Of a stretch of 64,000 nt of DNA, positions 62,353 to 64,000 are shown piece after piece; position 1 is the stretch's first letter; each line of letters opens with the position of its first letter. The stretch comes from an uncultured Methanosarcinaceae archaeon. Lineage in GTDB: Archaea; Halobacteriota; Methanosarcinia; Methanosarcinales; Methanosarcinaceae. The stretch lies in the NCBI GenBank assembly GCA_963721455.1, contig CAVRJG010000064.1, positions 1-64,000 on the forward strand. Reading direction: 5' to 3'. The notes under the pieces are model-generated. The model made no database searches and was not told the origin of the DNA. It was given only the letters and a program-made list of their open reading frames with translations. The translations under genes and the position numbers were made by a program.

Positions 62353-63505
62353 TTACTATACCCCTTAATTATCCTCTTTCCTGCTTAATCCTGGGTTTTA
62401 TGTTCCTGTTCAGAGTTTCATCCTGTTTAAAATCCAGTTTGGTCAGGATCTGGCTTCTTTAGTTTTTATACGTCAATCTCGGTTTTAATTTATCCTTATT
62501 CGGCATTCATATATTCATTAAAATGGATCTCTCTTTGCAAAGAGATTTACCGAGTTTTACAGGATCTTTTAAGGAATTTAAAGGTTCTCTTTTCCTGTAA
62601 AAGCTTGTTCATTTTTCAAGGTTTTTCTCCCTCCGTAGAGCAGCAGTAATAATATTTCGGTTAAGATCTCTACCATCCACATATCCGGGCTTTCCATTAC
62701 TGAAAAATCTTTTTTTTCGTCACATTTCCCCCTGAAGAATTTTCTTCCGGATCTCGCTTATGCTCCAAAGAAGATTTTACTTCTGAAGGCAGGTTTTCTG
62801 CATGTTATCCTGCAGCCTGCTCCGGAATGTCTCCAATCTTACCTCAAAATTGCCTGCAAATATGGATTATATGGTCATACCTTTTCTTTTAAAAAAGACA
62901 TTTAAAAATCTGGGTATTCAAAATCTGAGCATTGGAAAAATAATGAAGTAAACTTTAGTAGCTTTTCTAATCTGGCAGTTCTTCCTTTGCTCTTCAGATT
63001 TGCAGCAGTTGTATTTTCAAGTATTTTTCTGTAATGGCTATGTATTATATACTTCCAATCCGGCTTATGTATTATAGTATCATCTGCTAATCCGGTTTGT
63101 AAGTTCCTGCTGGTTACTACTTATTGAAGCAAGTATCATTTACGGGTGTGATTCTATGTCTCAATTCTTCGATCCAACAATGATGAGTTTTCACATTCAA
63201 ACTAACTTCCTTTTTTCTCCCCTGTAACTGATTCTTCTTTCAGAATTATCCCATTTCTCTACAAAGGTTTTATATATTAGATGTGCTATTTAAAGGCAAA
63301 GTACATCCGAGATGGATATTTCATGCACTTTAGTGTTTGAAATTATCTAATCATATCAATGTGATGCTTAATGCTAACTTCCCGGAAGTTTCCGGGAAAT
63401 AGGGTTTTCTGCCGTTCTTTACGGTCGATTTCCTGCATTGAAGATAAATCCAGTGAGAAAAGTCGGATCAACATGAGTGTCAAAGGGCCAATGCTTTGAA
63501 ACGCC

Positions 63506-63675
63506 CGCTTTTGGCGCCGTTACGGCGCCTAAAATCGCACGAGACTGTTCAGGTTTTCGATGAGTCGCGGTTGCAGTCACTGAATACTGAAGTTTCAAAT
63601 CAGGTTACTGAGTTCAAAATCAGGTTACCGAATACTGAAGTTTCAAATCAGATTACTGAATGTTTCAAATCAGGG
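63506..63675. repeat. Palindrome plus short degenerate direct repeats
   Basis: TTTTGGCGCCGTTACGGCGCCTAAAA hairpin, then repeated TACTGAAGTTTCAAATCAGG units. Confidence 0.65.
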
Positions 63676-64000
63676 CCGGATGCCTGGATTTGGGTCTGCC
63701 AGGATCGTAAAATCGGTCCTTTAAGCGTATGCTCCTGCTAGACAAGCTGGGAAGAGGATCGGATATTTGCAGATACCTGAAGGAATTAGGGTACCGGGAG
63801 CATAAAGCTCTGGTCTGCTCGAGGCAATTCTTGCCAGGCAGGTCTGAAAGTCATCCCTCCCCCACCTGGTAGCGTTCGGGGAATCCAGTGCGTTTTTCTT
63901 TTGCCACTCTAGTTGTGCCGACCGGAGGGGCTGGTATTTCAATTGAAATTTACGGAGTAGAAATATGGCAAGCATACACCGACCAAAACGAGGTTCCCTC

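Noticed and set aside
57013-62368. Long plus-strand ORFs 57013-58035 and 61328-62368
   Set aside because: They are antisense shadows of purine-rich acidic repeat coding regions, with Phe/Leu-rich nonsense composition.
63496-63975. ORFs 63496-63741 (+) and 63721-63975 (-)
   Set aside because: The first runs through repeats. The second has no recognisable motif and lies at the window edge, so neither can be supported.

Overview
A chromosomal window from a methanogenic archaeon of the Methanosarcina type, judged from the cfb cluster, hdrA1C1B1, PGF-pre-PGF and TIGR04279-like surface proteins, and the 37-bp ATTCGCGAGCAAGATCCACTAAAACAAGGATTGAAAC-family CRISPR repeat. The first ~5.6 kb is an accessory region. 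It holds three separate small or decayed CRISPR cassettes (62-302, 619-726, 4365-4445), a CPA2 antiporter, an orphan small gene and gene remnants, and I recognised no cas gene anywhere in the window. Core genes follow: coenzyme F430 biosynthesis cfbA-E-D-C-B, endA, hflX, a PHP protein, homoaconitase large subunit, hdrA1C1B1, two tRNA-Ile and one tRNA-Ala, three FKBP PPIases, a putative dolichol/sugar-nucleotide cluster, a MoxR/DUF58/vWA operon, pheA, surface proteins and a tandemly duplicated extracellular-protein locus. The strongest leads are the dispersed single-spacer CRISPR cassettes, a promoter-linked structured sRNA candidate with an anti-SD loop (16876-16969), a switch-like GC-rich leader before cfbD, a multi-hairpin RNA candidate between hdrB and hacA, several small proteins missing from the ORF track, and an orphan archaellin with a 14-residue helix duplication. 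All family assignments come from motif recognition by eye, with no database searches.
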